Positions 46,934 through 57,920 are shown, numbered from the stretch's first letter. The stretch is DNA of 64,000 nt from an uncultured Verrucomicrobiae bacterium (GCA_963707025.1 CAVPOM010000016.1:124047-188046), one strand, 5' to 3'. Notes: generated by a model not told the origin, from the letters alone. Made by a program: numbers and translations.

Positions 46934-48171
46934 TCACACTATCGCGCCACGATCAACATCTTTATGGATGCCTGATTTTGTTCAAAGGTTTGTATCTCGC
47001 ACTCCTTTCTGCCGCTTTGCTTTTGTGGCCAACGTCTAGAGAGGACACCATTTTCCATTCTGCCGGGGCGAACTGGACAGTGGAGGGTTATCTGAAGTTC
47101 GGAAGCCATTTTGACACATGGGACGCAGAGCATTACTTGTTTTTGAGCCGGGAAGGATACAAAAGCGGTCTCGCGGCGTGTGCGTTTTATCCGCTGTATC
47201 CGATGGTCATCCGGTGGGTTTCAGCAGCCATGGGAGGCCACGAGGTTTTGACTGCCATGCTGCTGGCGAATCTATTTTCGTTGGCGGCTTTCCTGCTTTT
47301 TTTTCACCTGGTCGCCCGGCGTTATGGCGAAAAGGTGGCCCTTCTGGCGCTGGCGCTCTTGCTGGTTTTTCCCGGCTCGCTGTTCTACCAATTTATTTAT
47401 ACGGAGTCGCTGTTTTTTCTTTTACTGATGCTCTTTTGTTACGCCTTGGAGCTGGAACATCGTTCGCTGGCGCTGGTGACGGGTTTCTTGCTGCCGCTGA
47501 CACGGGCGGTGGGCATTTTCTGCGTCTTTCCGCTTTTGTGGCTTCTGTTTTTCAGGTCGCCGCCGGCCTGGTGGGTGGCACTGGCCGACCGAAAGAACTG
47601 GGCCGCCAGGATCGCACGGTTTGTAGGGCCGCGTTCCGGCGATTTGCCGGTATTGAATTCCCCACGTTGGAGTGGGGCGGGCGCTGTGTGGGTGTTTCTA
47701 GCTCCATTGTTGGGATGGGCCGCTTACTTTCTGCTTATGCAGAAATGGACGGGTAATGCCTTCGAGGGGATTGAGGCCCAGAAACAGTTTCATGCGCAAT
47801 CCATCCATAATCTGTTTGACCCGGTTGGGTTTGTGACGCAGTTGTTCAATGCAACCGAATGGCACGCATTCAGAGGATCGGTGCTGGATCGTTGCGTTTT
47901 TATTCTGGTGATCTACTGTTTTCCGCTGATCTGGAAACTGGACAAAAGCTGGGGCCTATGGGCGTTTTTCCTCGGGGTGGTGCCAGCGGTAAGCGGCGGG
48001 TTCGCCTCCTACACGCGGTTTGCCTCGGTGGTGTTTCCGCTGTTTGTGGCTCTGGCAGTGTTCTTGAGCAAGTCTGGGATGCGTTGGTGGCGCTGGCTGT
48101 TCCTGGCGACCTTCGTCACCTTGCATTTGATATTGGTCTGGCGATTTGTGAATTATAGGTGGGCCGGATGA
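46930..48171 (+). CDS. GT-C glycosyltransferase (PIG-V-like mannosyltransferase)
   Basis: WDAEHYL...GY, AFYPLYP, FPGSLF...YTESLF, LTRAVG, RFASVVFP; multi-TM. Confidence 0.82.
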   Translation: MITLSRHDQHLYGCLILFKGLYLALLSAALLLWPTSREDTIFHSAGANWTVEGYLKFGSHFDTWDAEHYLFLSREGYKSGLAACAFYPLYPMVIRWVSAAMGGHEVLTAMLLANLFSLAAFLLFFHLVARRYGEKVALLALALLLVFPGSLFYQFIYTESLFFLLLMLFCYALELEHRSLALVTGFLLPLTRAVGIFCVFPLLWLLFFRSPPAWWVALADRKNWAARIARFVGPRSGDLPVLNSPRWSGAGAVWVFLAPLLGWAAYFLLMQKWTGNAFEGIEAQKQFHAQSIHNLFDPVGFVTQLFNATEWHAFRGSVLDRCVFILVIYCFPLIWKLDKSWGLWAFFLGVVPAVSGGFASYTRFASVVFPLFVALAVFLSKSGMRWWRWLFLATFVTLHLILVWRFVNYRWAG

Positions 48172-49469
48172 TGAACATGGACTCTCTCAATCATGGCCGT
48201 GCGGCCTTGTGGACCTATGTTGCCAATTGGGTCGCGCGGCATCGGTTTGCAGTGGCCTATTTCATCGTGGTGCTGAGTTGGCTGCCATTCCTGGCCACTC
48301 TTGACGGATTCGCGCAGGGAGACATCTCGATTTACAGGAATGATGCCGACAGCCTGATGCAAGGCAAGATGCCTTACCGTGATACGATGGTGGAATACCC
48401 GCCTTACGCCATCCCCATTTTTGTCCTGCCCGGGGTGTTTGGCGTTGGCAACTACGTGTATGGCTTCATGATGCTGGCCGCTTTGTGTGACTTGGCCATC
48501 AGGGGAGGGTTATTTTGGGGCGGAATGCGGAACACCAAGTCATTAGGTTCCCTGCTGCCGGTTGTGTGCTATTGCGCCTCCGTTCCGTTTCTCCGGTTCT
48601 TCTTCTTTCAGCGGTTTGATCTTTGGCCGGCGCTGATCTGTGTGGCGGCGCTGTTGCTGTTCTGCGCCGACAAACCCGGATGGTCGGGCCTTGCGATCGC
48701 CATCGGTATTGGCGTCAAGGTTTATCCCGCTGTTTTCGTGCCGCCACTTTTTGTTTTGGCGTTGCGCCAGGGGAAAGCGCTGCGGTTTTCAGCCGGTTTG
48801 ATCGCCGGACTGTCGCCGATTCTATTGCTGAGTTTTGTTCTGCCGTGGTGGCGCTTTGCGCAATTCCAAGGGGCTCGTGGACTGCAATGCGAATCCCTCG
48901 TGGCGTCGCTTATATGGGGACTAAACCACCTTGGCTTGACACATGCCTCGTGGGTGGGGGTCAAGCGGTGGACAGAGGTTCATGGTCCCATGGCTACGGC
49001 GCTGCTGCCGTGGGCCAGGGCGCTGTTCATTGCGGCGGTGGTTTTTTCTGTCGCAATAGCCTCCTGTGCCGCCGCCCGTTGCCCGAAACCTTCCATAGGG
49101 CGGGTGGCGCGTTTGCTGCTGGGGCCTCTGCTCGCGTTTGTGGTGTTCAATCAAGTTCTCAGTCCGCAGTTTATGATTTGGCTGCTGCCGCTGGCGGCGG
49201 TTGCGACATTGGAGGGAAATCCGTGGATCGTCCTGGGCATTCCACTGGCGACAATGTTGACGCCGGTCATTTTCCCGTCCTTTGGTGCAGACTATAGCAG
49301 AGGTTTGAATTCTCTTGAAACGATGGTTCTGGTCACGCGGAATTTAATTCTCGTGGCGGTTTGGTGGCTGCTGGTGAGGGAACAATGGCGAATATGCCGA
49401 CTCGGAAACACGGATAAAATGCAAACCGGCGTCGGTGCAAATTGCTCCGTTGGTTCCACTCAAGCTTGA
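48168..49469 (+). CDS. GT-C glycosyltransferase (GT87 / DUF2029-like)
   Basis: GDISIY, PYRD..VEYPP, RFDLWP, GVKVYP, RGLQCES, VLSPQFMIWL. Confidence 0.82.
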   Translation: MMNMDSLNHGRAALWTYVANWVARHRFAVAYFIVVLSWLPFLATLDGFAQGDISIYRNDADSLMQGKMPYRDTMVEYPPYAIPIFVLPGVFGVGNYVYGFMMLAALCDLAIRGGLFWGGMRNTKSLGSLLPVVCYCASVPFLRFFFFQRFDLWPALICVAALLLFCADKPGWSGLAIAIGIGVKVYPAVFVPPLFVLALRQGKALRFSAGLIAGLSPILLLSFVLPWWRFAQFQGARGLQCESLVASLIWGLNHLGLTHASWVGVKRWTEVHGPMATALLPWARALFIAAVVFSVAIASCAAARCPKPSIGRVARLLLGPLLAFVVFNQVLSPQFMIWLLPLAAVATLEGNPWIVLGIPLATMLTPVIFPSFGADYSRGLNSLETMVLVTRNLILVAVWWLLVREQWRICRLGNTDKMQTGVGANCSVGSTQA

Positions 49470-49516
49470 CTGCCTTGTTTGACCTGAGATTGATTATGCT
49501 GATTTGCCAACAGGAT

Positions 49517-50668
49517 ATGAAGTCCGGCAACGCCAGAACGGCGACGTTTGTGATTCCGTGTCTGAACGAAGCGGAGACGTTGCGTGAATTCTTAATGGAG
49601 TGCAAAACGGTCTTTGCGGAAGATGCAAACACGGAGTGGGCAATTCTTGTGGCAGACAACGGCTCGACTGATGTATCCATTCAAATTGCCCAGGAGGAAG
49701 ACGTCGCCGTCCTTCGAGTGCCCGCACAAGGGTACGGCTTTTCCGTTCATGCTGGAATTCTCGCGGCTAAATCGGAATATGTGGTTTTTGCCGATGCCGA
49801 TGGAACTTATGCTCCCTCCGATGCGGTCAGGCTTCTTGATGGGATTAGGTGTCATGCGGCGGATTTGGCAATCGGCTCCCGAATTCGCGGCACGATAGAA
49901 GCTGGCGCTATGCCGTGGCTCCACAGGCACATCGGAACACCGGCGCTTTCGCTTCTCATTCGCAAATTATACCGGGTGCCGATCACTGATTGTAACTGTG
50001 GCATCCGTTGTGTCAGGCGAAGTGCTTATGAAAAGTGGAACCTCTCCGGCCAGGGAATGGAATATGCGTCGGCGATGCTGATCCGCGCGGCAACGGCGGG
50101 CGCGAAGGTCATCGAAGTGCCCGTCACTTTGCGGCGTGGCAAGCCAAAGCGGGCTCCCCATCTCAAGACATGGAGAGACGGAATGAGGCATTTGTTGACC
50201 ATTCTGGCCGGCGCTCCCGGAGTATTCTGGCATCCAGGATTGGCTTTGCTTGGGCTGTCGCTGGGTCTGGTGCTGCCGTCATTTTGGGGGCCTTTTCGTG
50301 TTGTCGGCCACGTCCGTTTTTTTGGACTGCACACGGAAGCCATTTCTATTGTAATCGGTTTTTATGGGGCTGCGTTTTTGAGTTTGGCCCTGTCCCTTTA
50401 CGCCCAGGCGCCAAAGCTCAAGCCGGTGCCGAAGCTTGCTGCGTCCCTGACCCTATTGAGAGAGGATATTTTGTTTTGGGGCCTGATCGCATTTTTCGGT
50501 GCGTTCGTAACAGGCGGGGGGTTCGCGCTGTGGCAATGGTCCAAAGTCAATTACTCAGACTTCGATTTTCTGAAATTTACGCTCGGCATGATCTATTTCA
50601 CATTGATACCCGCAACCATCGCTTTGGGTGTTTTCCAATCCCATTTGCAGAAACGGGCGCTGCTTTAA
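49517..50668 (+). CDS. GT2 polyprenol-phosphate glycosyltransferase with C-terminal TM segments
   Basis: VIPCLNEAE, VADNGSTD, GYG, FADADGTY, GSRIRGTIEAGAMPWLHR, HLKTWRDGMRHL. Confidence 0.88.
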   Translation: MKSGNARTATFVIPCLNEAETLREFLMECKTVFAEDANTEWAILVADNGSTDVSIQIAQEEDVAVLRVPAQGYGFSVHAGILAAKSEYVVFADADGTYAPSDAVRLLDGIRCHAADLAIGSRIRGTIEAGAMPWLHRHIGTPALSLLIRKLYRVPITDCNCGIRCVRRSAYEKWNLSGQGMEYASAMLIRAATAGAKVIEVPVTLRRGKPKRAPHLKTWRDGMRHLLTILAGAPGVFWHPGLALLGLSLGLVLPSFWGPFRVVGHVRFFGLHTEAISIVIGFYGAAFLSLALSLYAQAPKLKPVPKLAASLTLLREDILFWGLIAFFGAFVTGGGFALWQWSKVNYSDFDFLKFTLGMIYFTLIPATIALGVFQSHLQKRALL

Positions 50669-50713
50669 ATGCCAACGACGGGTCCACGGCGTGGTGTCGA
50701 AAACGTCGCGAAG

Positions 50714-52167
50714 CTATAGACTCAAAAGCAGCTTTAACGGATGCCAAGAGGTGTGGTGCCAAATATCGTCGGGAGGAAGAATGGCTGCTGTTATCGCAAT
50801 CACGCCTGAAATGTAGATCAAAATCATCAAAAGTAAGCGAACCAACGTTGGAATGATGCCCCAGGTACCTGTTTGACGCCTATGCCAAAGGCAAGAGCCA
50901 GCCATGGGACATAGGGCACCCAATAGCGCGGGCCATAACAAAACTGCCCGGTGTAAGGAAGAATCATATAGACCGCCGCCACCGGCAAAATGCCACCGGC
51001 CACCATTTTTAACAGCATCTGTTGCTCAGGGGCGTTTGGATTGCGATGCAGGAAAGCGAGAAGCAAGAAACAGAATGCAGCAAGCGACCACGGCAGAAAG
51101 AGCAGGACGCCTGTTTCAGCCTCAAGGAAAGTGCGCCATACACGGGTCAGGTCGAACCCGAAACCCGTGTCGCGGATTGATGCGTGGCCGAGTAGCAGAT
51201 GGTTAAAGAGACTGGTGAGGGCAATCGAAATCACGCTGGCCGCCGCAAAGAATCCTGCTTCACGCCGCTTTTTGCAGAGGAAAAGCAAAAATATCCATGC
51301 GGGAAAAATCAATACGAATGCTTCGGACTGCATCGCCGCAACGGCAAGGAAAAGAGCCGAAATCAAAAACAAGTTGTCCAGCAAAGCCCACAGTGCCACC
51401 AGCAGGAGAAGTCCCATAAAGGTGGCCGGGAACAACTGATGGGAATACACAAGCCAGGGACTGGCGAAATAAAGCAGCGCGGTCACCGACAGGGCGCCTC
51501 TTGATCCCAAGCCAATCTTGAGAGCGCACAGGTAAGTAAAAATGCCGGTCAGCCACGAGAGAAATATTTGCGCGTAAATGGCCCGCGCCTCCAATTTATC
51601 CATGGTACTGCCAAAGAGTTCGAGGATTAGTGCCAAGGTTCCGGGGTAGGGGACAGGGTGTTTCGGCAATTCCTTGTAATCCGTGTTTATTGGGGTGTAA
51701 TCGGGGAATTGAGTGTTAATGCGTTTGAATCCGACATAAGCAGGATTTGTGGATGCGCGACCCAACGGTTTGGACATGTCAAATACCTGCTCCCACAGCC
51801 GGCTTTCTCCGGTTCGCAAATCCTGGATAAGCGTGTGATGGTCGAGGCGGCTTCCTTTGAATCGGCGGCCGGCGTTTGCGTGACCGAGCGAAACGTCGCG
51901 ATAGTTATTGCGAAGATCAATGTCCCCGTCCAACAGCATGCTGGAAATGATGATTAAATAATGCGGCTCATCACCGCTGAAAACTTCCGGCTCGCTGGAT
52001 TTCCATCGCATCTGATTTGGATCATAAAAGTGTGTCGAGAAAAAGAATAAAACAAACAGCGACGCGGAAAAGAACGCCAGCGCAGGCCAGGCATGGAGCT
52101 GCCTGGTGTTCAAGGCATTGCGAACTGAATCCAAGAGCTTCAAAACGCGAAAAATGCTTGCTGACAT
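50714..52167 (-). CDS. GT-C-like multi-pass membrane protein; probable frameshift near 50870
   Basis: SGDEPHYL...S...DGDIDLRNNY, GVLLFLPW, CYGPRYWVP; a further TM segment lies in the 50714..50941 frame. Confidence 0.72.
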
Positions 52168-52714
52168 TTTTTCATCATTTGCCCCACTTCATGGATATTC
52201 AACGGATTTCGTGGTTTGCGCAAGGAGATTCATCGGTGAATTTTGCGGGAACAAGCCAGGATTTTGGGAAGCGGTCGGCTGGCCTCTGACGTTCTCCGGT
52301 TGGTTGAAGAGGACCGTCGGTCGTACCACAGCACGCTTCTGGGTTGTGGTTTTTGGTTGGGAAGGGGTGGCCGGTGCTTGCCATGGCTGTCGGCATGACC
52401 ATTACGAGTTTGGCAAAACGATCTGTGCGCCCCATTACAAAAGGGAGTGGCGGTCCGGCATTTGAGCCGGCGATTTAGTTCCGCATCCGGTCCATCGCCT
52501 CGTTCGAGGGCGTGGGCGACTGGCGCGGTATGGCTTGGCGCTGCACCGGCAGCCTGGGATCGCATGCTTTTCACGCGTCGAAAGAATCAAATTACTTGAA
52601 CAATCCGGCACGCGATGGCGTCGAATGAAATAATGGCAAAAGTAAGGTTGAAGTTTTCGCGTTCGAGCGTATAGTTTTGCTATGACCCGTGGGAGTCTGA
52701 CAAGCTGAACCAAA

Positions 52715-53446
52715 ATGCCCTTCCCGCCCTGCATCAGAAAACTCGGGAAGTCCGGCGTATCCGCGCGCGGCTTCACCCTGATCGAATTGCTGGTCGTCAT
52801 CGCCATCATCGCCATTCTGGCCGCGCTGTTGCTGCCCGCTTTGAGCAGCGCCAAGGACACGGCCGTGCGCACCACAGACGTCAACAATATAAAGCAGATG
52901 GTCCTGGCCCTGGACATGTATGGCAACGACAATCAGGACAACTCCCCCTGGTCCAACTGGCTGGCCGGCGATGCCACCAACCGCCAAGGCTGGCTTTATA
53001 CCATCAATCCCCAGGCCTCGGGCACCGCACAGTTCGACCCCCGCACCGGCGCGTTGTGGCCGGTCCTACAGAACAGCAACATGTATTTCTGCCCGCGGGA
53101 TAAACTCACCCCGACCTTTAAGCTGCGGGGCCAGCAATGCTCGACTTACGTGATGAATGGAGCGATTAACGGCTATAACTTGGACATTTATCCCCCTATC
53201 AAATTAAACCAGATGCCGCCACGCGGCATTGTCTTTTGGGAGCCGGACGAAAATGACATCAACAATTTTAATGACGGTGCCAGCAGCCCTAATGAGGGCT
53301 TGACCGCCCGGCATTTGCAGGGCGGTGTTTATGGGGAGTTCGATGGCGCGGTGGCCTTCATGGAACAGAGCCTTTGGAACAACGGCTGTGCCCAGTCCAC
53401 CGCAAACCAGTTTTGGTGTTACCCTGACAGCCCCAACGGACGGTAA
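52715..53446 (+). CDS. Prepilin-type N-terminal cleavage/methylation protein (H-X9-DG type)
   Basis: [47 protein letters not shown]. Confidence 0.92.
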   Translation: MPFPPCIRKLGKSGVSARGFTLIELLVVIAIIAILAALLLPALSSAKDTAVRTTDVNNIKQMVLALDMYGNDNQDNSPWSNWLAGDATNRQGWLYTINPQASGTAQFDPRTGALWPVLQNSNMYFCPRDKLTPTFKLRGQQCSTYVMNGAINGYNLDIYPPIKLNQMPPRGIVFWEPDENDINNFNDGASSPNEGLTARHLQGGVYGEFDGAVAFMEQSLWNNGCAQSTANQFWCYPDSPNGR

Positions 53447-53804
53447 GACGGCAGCCGCAGTCTCCGGTGTTGTGAGGCGGAAGGTGCTGAGGCTAAATCA
53501 GCCGCTGGCGCCGGCTGGTCGGCAGGCCGTCCAGGGAATACATGCCGAGAAAGTGCGAGAAATGCACCGGCTCACCCAGTCAATGTGTCGTTGGAAGGTG
53601 CTTCCGGGGACTCATTGGCGTTCGATAATTGGCCGGTAAACTGTTGCCGCGTTTTGATGTTTTCAGTGGGTTTCGTTTGTAAGCCGTTGGTTCTCAACGC
53701 CATATCTATTTCCATAAATCATTTCGCATGGACAGCCAATGTCCAACTGGTTTTGGCAAGATTGCGGCAGGATTGGGAAATTGAGCGAAGAGAAAGAAAG
53801 AAAC

Positions 53805-55080
53805 ATGGCGACGTTGGGATGCAAGAGGTTTACGAAGCTGCATTTTTTAAAAGGAGTTGGCCGGAAATTGGTGGCCCGGTTTTTTGAGCGGTTCAGGGGC
53901 GAACTGGCAGAGAAGAAGGTGGACCTGCCGAAAGGGGATTTGCCTGACGATGAATACTTCGGCGGGCTGTCCAGGCTGCTGTTGTCGCCGGAAGGGCTGC
54001 CCGGCGATTTGTGCGAGGCGCTGTTCACGATTGATGAGATGGCGGATGATGCGGGGCAGGAAGGGCTGCAAAATGCGGTGGCGCAAAGCAAACTGGAGGT
54101 GAAGTTTGAAGCCGAGTCGTCGCACGGGGATGTGGCGATGCAGGTTTGGCTTGCGAGACCGGAGTTGTTGGCGGCAAAGCACAATGGGCAGCAGTTGCGG
54201 CGTTTGTCCTCGTTTGAGTACTTCGGGACAAAGTTGGCTGAAAAGAAGGGGAAGCCATTTGCCGGGCCTTGGAATGCAGCAGCAATCGAGGGTCTGCGGG
54301 CGGACCTGGATGGCTGGTTTGTGAGCCATAACCGGGGCCATGAAACGACCCAGATCAGTTACCATGAGATTGACGGGGAGTGGTGGTTTGTCATCAGGCA
54401 CGGGGACACGTTGTTGCGCACTGCGAAAGTCGAAAGGCAGGAGACAACGCTGTTCCAGTTTCGCCCGGTGAAGGATGACGTGGTCGTGTTTTCTCCTGGG
54501 CATGAGGAGATTCGGATTCAAGCGGCGACAGAGGGAGAGAAGGAACTTTACCGGCGGGAGTTTGGCGTCTGGTTGCGCGGGGATGGCAAATACTTTTCGG
54601 AGCGGAATGCTTTTACGCTGGAGCCGTTGCGTTTGGATGGGGCGGGCGCATTAGAGTGGAAGGGCAATGGAGACGTTGATCGAATCGTTTTGCGCGAATT
54701 TGAAATCGCCTGGGGTGGCGGCCGTGACGAGGTTCCTGATTCGGAAGGCGGAGGATATTTTTTCGGCCGCAGCGGCCAGGGGAGAGGAAGCGTTCCCCGA
54801 TGGGGGCAGACTGGTGAGGGCGGCGTTCGATTTCTATTTTGGGGGCATGGGCAAGCCGCGCAAGGTGCAGGTGCGTCCTCCGAACATTCTCAAGCTGGGC
54901 CGTCGTTGCGACGCGGCGGTGGTGCAAAAGTGGCTGTCCGAAAAACACTTCCGGGAAACGGTAACGGCGAGGAATGCAGGGGTGGGACCTTTTGCGGAGC
55001 ATATTCTCTGCGCGACTTCGCCGCTGGCGGTTCTCCAAACGGCTGACCTGGCGCAAGGGGCAACGGAGGGCAAAGAATAA
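53805..55080 (+). pseudogene. Conserved-looking hypothetical protein of mobile elements, frameshift near 54730
   Basis: MATLGCKRF...FVIRHGD...FRPVKDDVV...FTLEPL continues as FLIRKAEDIF...VRPPN in the 54667..55080 frame. Confidence 0.65.
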
Positions 55081-55092
55081 GGGGTGTCAGGC

Positions 55093-56073
55093 ATGTGGCA
55101 GTGTCTGGATAATATTCACGGGCTGGCCGGCGTGCCCGCACTCTGGCGAAGCTGGCTGGGCGGCGAGTTTGCCACCTTTGAGCGTGCATTCCTGGAGAGG
55201 AGGGCAGAACCGGCCAAGTCATACCCGTGTCCGCGCCAGTGCGGTTGCGCGCATGATCTGGTCCGGCGTGCGGATGGTTCTTTTGTCGCGGTCTGCACTT
55301 GTGATCCTTGGAACTGTGACGACTTCGGCGTGGCGCGGGCTGAGGCTGTGCTGCTGGAACTGAAGTGGTCGCGCCTGGGGCGGGCGATCTGCAAGGCGTT
55401 TGAATGTGATTTCCGGGAAACGGATTTGCATTTGCCCCTCACCTGGCAGATAGGCTCAAAGTTTGCGAATGCGGTGCCGGTGGTGCTGACGATTCAGGAT
55501 GACCGGGATGAGTTCCGACAGGCGGTGGCGGGTGTGGTGGCGCAACTTGGCAGGCCGTTCATTCTGCTGGGGCCGACAAGCCGGTTCCTGGATGCAAACA
55601 GCATCGGACTTTTACACGGCGCGCGGGCGGAGTTTTTCGATTTGGCTTCGCATGTCACCATGTTGCCGGGCGGGGTGCTGCAAGCGCGGAAGAGCGGCGG
55701 GGAGTTGTTCTCGCGGTTTTTGCCGCAGACAAGCGAACCGGCGAGCGATGATGAGGCCCGGCGGTTGTTCGCATTGATGGAGGCCCTGGAATCCGAATCA
55801 AACTATCGGAAAGCGCCGGTGACGCGGGTTTTCCAGCTTTACTGCAAGGACGGGCTTTCTCGCGAAGAAGTGGCCCGGCAGTGTCATTGCGTGCCGTCAC
55901 TGATTACGGTTCGATTGCAGGCGATTGAACACAAGCTCGGTCGCAAACCGGCTGAACTGCGGCAATTCTCCTCCCAATTCGAGCGCATAGCCGATTCGCT
56001 TTCGGATGACCGCGCGGCGCATATCCATCGCAAGAGCGCGATGGATGATTCCGATTCTGACAGCGAAGATTGA
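55093..56073 (+). CDS. Putative transcriptional regulator: Cys-cluster N-terminal domain and C-terminal HTH
   Basis: CPRQCGC...CTCDPWNC; VFQLYCKDGLSREEVARQCHCVPSLITVRL (sigma region-4-like HTH). Confidence 0.7.
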   Translation: MWQCLDNIHGLAGVPALWRSWLGGEFATFERAFLERRAEPAKSYPCPRQCGCAHDLVRRADGSFVAVCTCDPWNCDDFGVARAEAVLLELKWSRLGRAICKAFECDFRETDLHLPLTWQIGSKFANAVPVVLTIQDDRDEFRQAVAGVVAQLGRPFILLGPTSRFLDANSIGLLHGARAEFFDLASHVTMLPGGVLQARKSGGELFSRFLPQTSEPASDDEARRLFALMEALESESNYRKAPVTRVFQLYCKDGLSREEVARQCHCVPSLITVRLQAIEHKLGRKPAELRQFSSQFERIADSLSDDRAAHIHRKSAMDDSDSDSED

Positions 56074-56166
56074 CCCCCATTTTGACCTTGTTTTGACCTG
56101 GTCAAAATGCCTCAAACGCCCCTATTGACGGGCGTTTTTTCATTTCCGCATCAATACCTTTTGACC
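56070..56166. promoter_or_regulatory. TTTTGACC repeat cluster with a perfect palindrome, plus a terminator-like hairpin
   Basis: ttttgacc at 56080, 56091, 56159; ttttgacc-t-ggtcaaaa 56091-56107; aaacgccc..gggcgtttttt 56114-56140. Confidence 0.6.
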
Positions 56167-56321
56167 CCCCTGCGGTTCATAGAGGCCATTCGCATGAGGC
56201 GGGAGCGGGAGGGGCGGGCGGGGATTGAGAGACTGGCGAATGCGACGGGCAACAAAAGCGATTTCCGGCCCGTATGTGCGAGTCGGGGAAGAGAACCAAT
56301 AACAATGAAACGAAGGATAGT

Positions 56322-56609
56322 ATGATAATGACATTGATCGTGTTCAAGGAGGTCCACAATACGTGGCCGGCCAAGAACGGAAAACCAGCGGGCGAATCCT
56401 ATGATTTGCTTTGCATGGACCAAAGCAACCCGCCGGAGCATCGCATGGAAGAGATGCTCTATTACCGGACCAAGGAGGAGGAGCGTCCCAGGGTTTGGGG
56501 CAAGTCGGTCGGCACCACCATCCAGGTGGGCGTGTCCAAAATCCGGCACGGCGAAAACGGCGGCAAGGCCACCCTGCTGGGTTCCATCATCGTCGAAGCC
56601 AAAAAATAA
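56322..56609 (+). CDS. Putative ssDNA-binding protein (gene V-like)
   Basis: 95 aa, beta-rich, WPAKNGKPAGESY hairpin motif, next to Rep; assignment rests on size and position. Confidence 0.55.
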   Translation: MIMTLIVFKEVHNTWPAKNGKPAGESYDLLCMDQSNPPEHRMEEMLYYRTKEEERPRVWGKSVGTTIQVGVSKIRHGENGGKATLLGSIIVEAKK

Positions 56610-56615
56610 GGGCTT

Positions 56616-57275
56616 ATGGCAACCAAAAATCCCCGGAGAGACAGAGACTGGCGCGAACCGATTCGCCGCTCCGAGGTCGCCACAGACTTTGGCATCACAC
56701 TGGCTCGAATCCAGTGGGACTTTTTTGCAACCCCGACCTTCGCGGGCACCGTGCCCAAACCTCAAATTGCGTATGGTCTTGCGTTTCGCTGGTTGCAGGA
56801 ATTGGCCCGGGTTTGCGGTCGTCCCTATAATCGCCTTCTCATTGCACTGCGTGGTGAAGAGGGCGAAGAAAAAGGGCGTTTCCACTTCCACTGTCTGGTG
56901 GGGGGAACTCTTACGCGCAACTATCACACGCTGCTTCACCAGGCGGAATGGCTTTGGAAGCGCCAGTCTGGCGGGGCGCGTGTAGATGTTCGGCAATACG
57001 ACCGCTCACTCGCTGGAGCGGACTACGTGTGCAAGTGCCTTGGGGCCAATGCCTACGAACTGAATAAGTACAGTTTTGCCAACTCCGTGACGCTTTCCGC
57101 TTCTGTTATCCGTTTGATAGCGGGTATTGACGCGAGTGGGGAAAGACGCGGCGGCGATGGACACATGAGAAAACAGGATGGTGCGAGGGCGGTTGGCGAA
57201 GGCGCTGGCCGGGACGCGCTTTGCGATGAGACATCCTCCCTGAATGCGGGCAGTCCGGCATCCGCCACGGCCTAA
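56616..57275 (+). CDS. Rolling-circle replication initiator (HUH endonuclease)
   Basis: Motif I FFATPTF, motif II RFHFHCLV, motif III ADYVCK. Confidence 0.85.
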   Translation: MATKNPRRDRDWREPIRRSEVATDFGITLARIQWDFFATPTFAGTVPKPQIAYGLAFRWLQELARVCGRPYNRLLIALRGEEGEEKGRFHFHCLVGGTLTRNYHTLLHQAEWLWKRQSGGARVDVRQYDRSLAGADYVCKCLGANAYELNKYSFANSVTLSASVIRLIAGIDASGERRGGDGHMRKQDGARAVGEGAGRDALCDETSSLNAGSPASATA

Positions 57276-57383
57276 GAGCTCCTTGTGAGCCACGGTGTGG
57301 GACGGAGCGGCGAAAATCCGCCATCAGATGTCAGGGATAAAATGCCAAAGCTATTGTGGCGCGTGTCAAAGTTACAATGGATT

Positions 57384-57426
57384 CCTTACCAAGGGGGGCG
57401 GCCTTCAGGCCGCCCCCCTGGTAAGG
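57384..57426. other. Strong hairpin in the phage intergenic region (candidate origin or packaging signal)
   Basis: ccttacca(a)ggggggcggcc-ttca-ggccgcccccctggtaagg: 19-bp stem with one bulge. Confidence 0.6.
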
Positions 57427-57549
57427 CTCCTTGTAGAAACCTTCTGCCCTGATGGGGAAGGGATTGGAGAGGGATTTCCAAGGGTTCGTGGTTCGCGTTT
57501 GCGGGCTGTTCACTTGGGGAAAAACAATGAAGTGAAAGGATAAGTAAGT

Positions 57550-57762
57550 ATGAAAAAGATGAAGTTGATTCTGTGCCTCCTGGCGGTTCTGGTTATCAGT
57601 CTGAGTTCTGCTCTGGCTGACGGGGGTTATACTCCGGTGTTTGCTGACCCGTCCACCATCACGGCGGCGGCAACGACCGCGTTCACGGCAATCGCGACCT
57701 TCATGGTCGGCGTGTTGGGCTTCTGGGTGATCTTCCGTCTGGTGAAGAAAATCCGCGGCTAA
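57550..57762 (+). CDS. Major coat protein (pVIII-like)
   Basis: 70 aa: signal peptide ending ALA-DG, amphipathic N-terminus, one TM helix, basic C-terminus RLVKKIRG; AAGGA RBS. Confidence 0.85.
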   Translation: MKKMKLILCLLAVLVISLSSALADGGYTPVFADPSTITAAATTAFTAIATFMVGVLGFWVIFRLVKKIRG

Positions 57763-57784
57763 TTTGTAGTGCTCCTGCAAACGT

Positions 57785-57828
57785 CGGGGGCCGGTCATGG
57801 GCCGATGAAAAGGGTGGCTGGCTCCCGA
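57785..57828 (+). terminator. Hairpin downstream of the coat gene (attenuator or mRNA-stabilising structure)
   Basis: tcgggggccggtca pairs with tggctggctcccga using three G-U pairs; no clear U tract. Confidence 0.5.
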
Positions 57829-57848
57829 TAGCCTCAAAAAAAGGATTT

Positions 57849-57920
57849 ATGCCTCAACTGATTTGCTTCTGTGCCGGAATGGCAATCCCTCTGGCTCTGT
57901 TCTGGCTGTTCAAATGGTGA
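57849..57920 (+). CDS. Tiny hydrophobic protein (pVII/pIX-like minor coat candidate)
   Basis: Below the ORF-track cutoff: MPQLICFCAGMAIPLALFWLFKW, AAGGA RBS, 9 bp before the next ATG. Confidence 0.6.
   Translation: MPQLICFCAGMAIPLALFWLFKW

Noticed and set aside
53640..53740. Possible internal recombination site before the regulator pair
   Set aside because: AT-rich and boundary-like, but I found no second copy or convincing dif-like match
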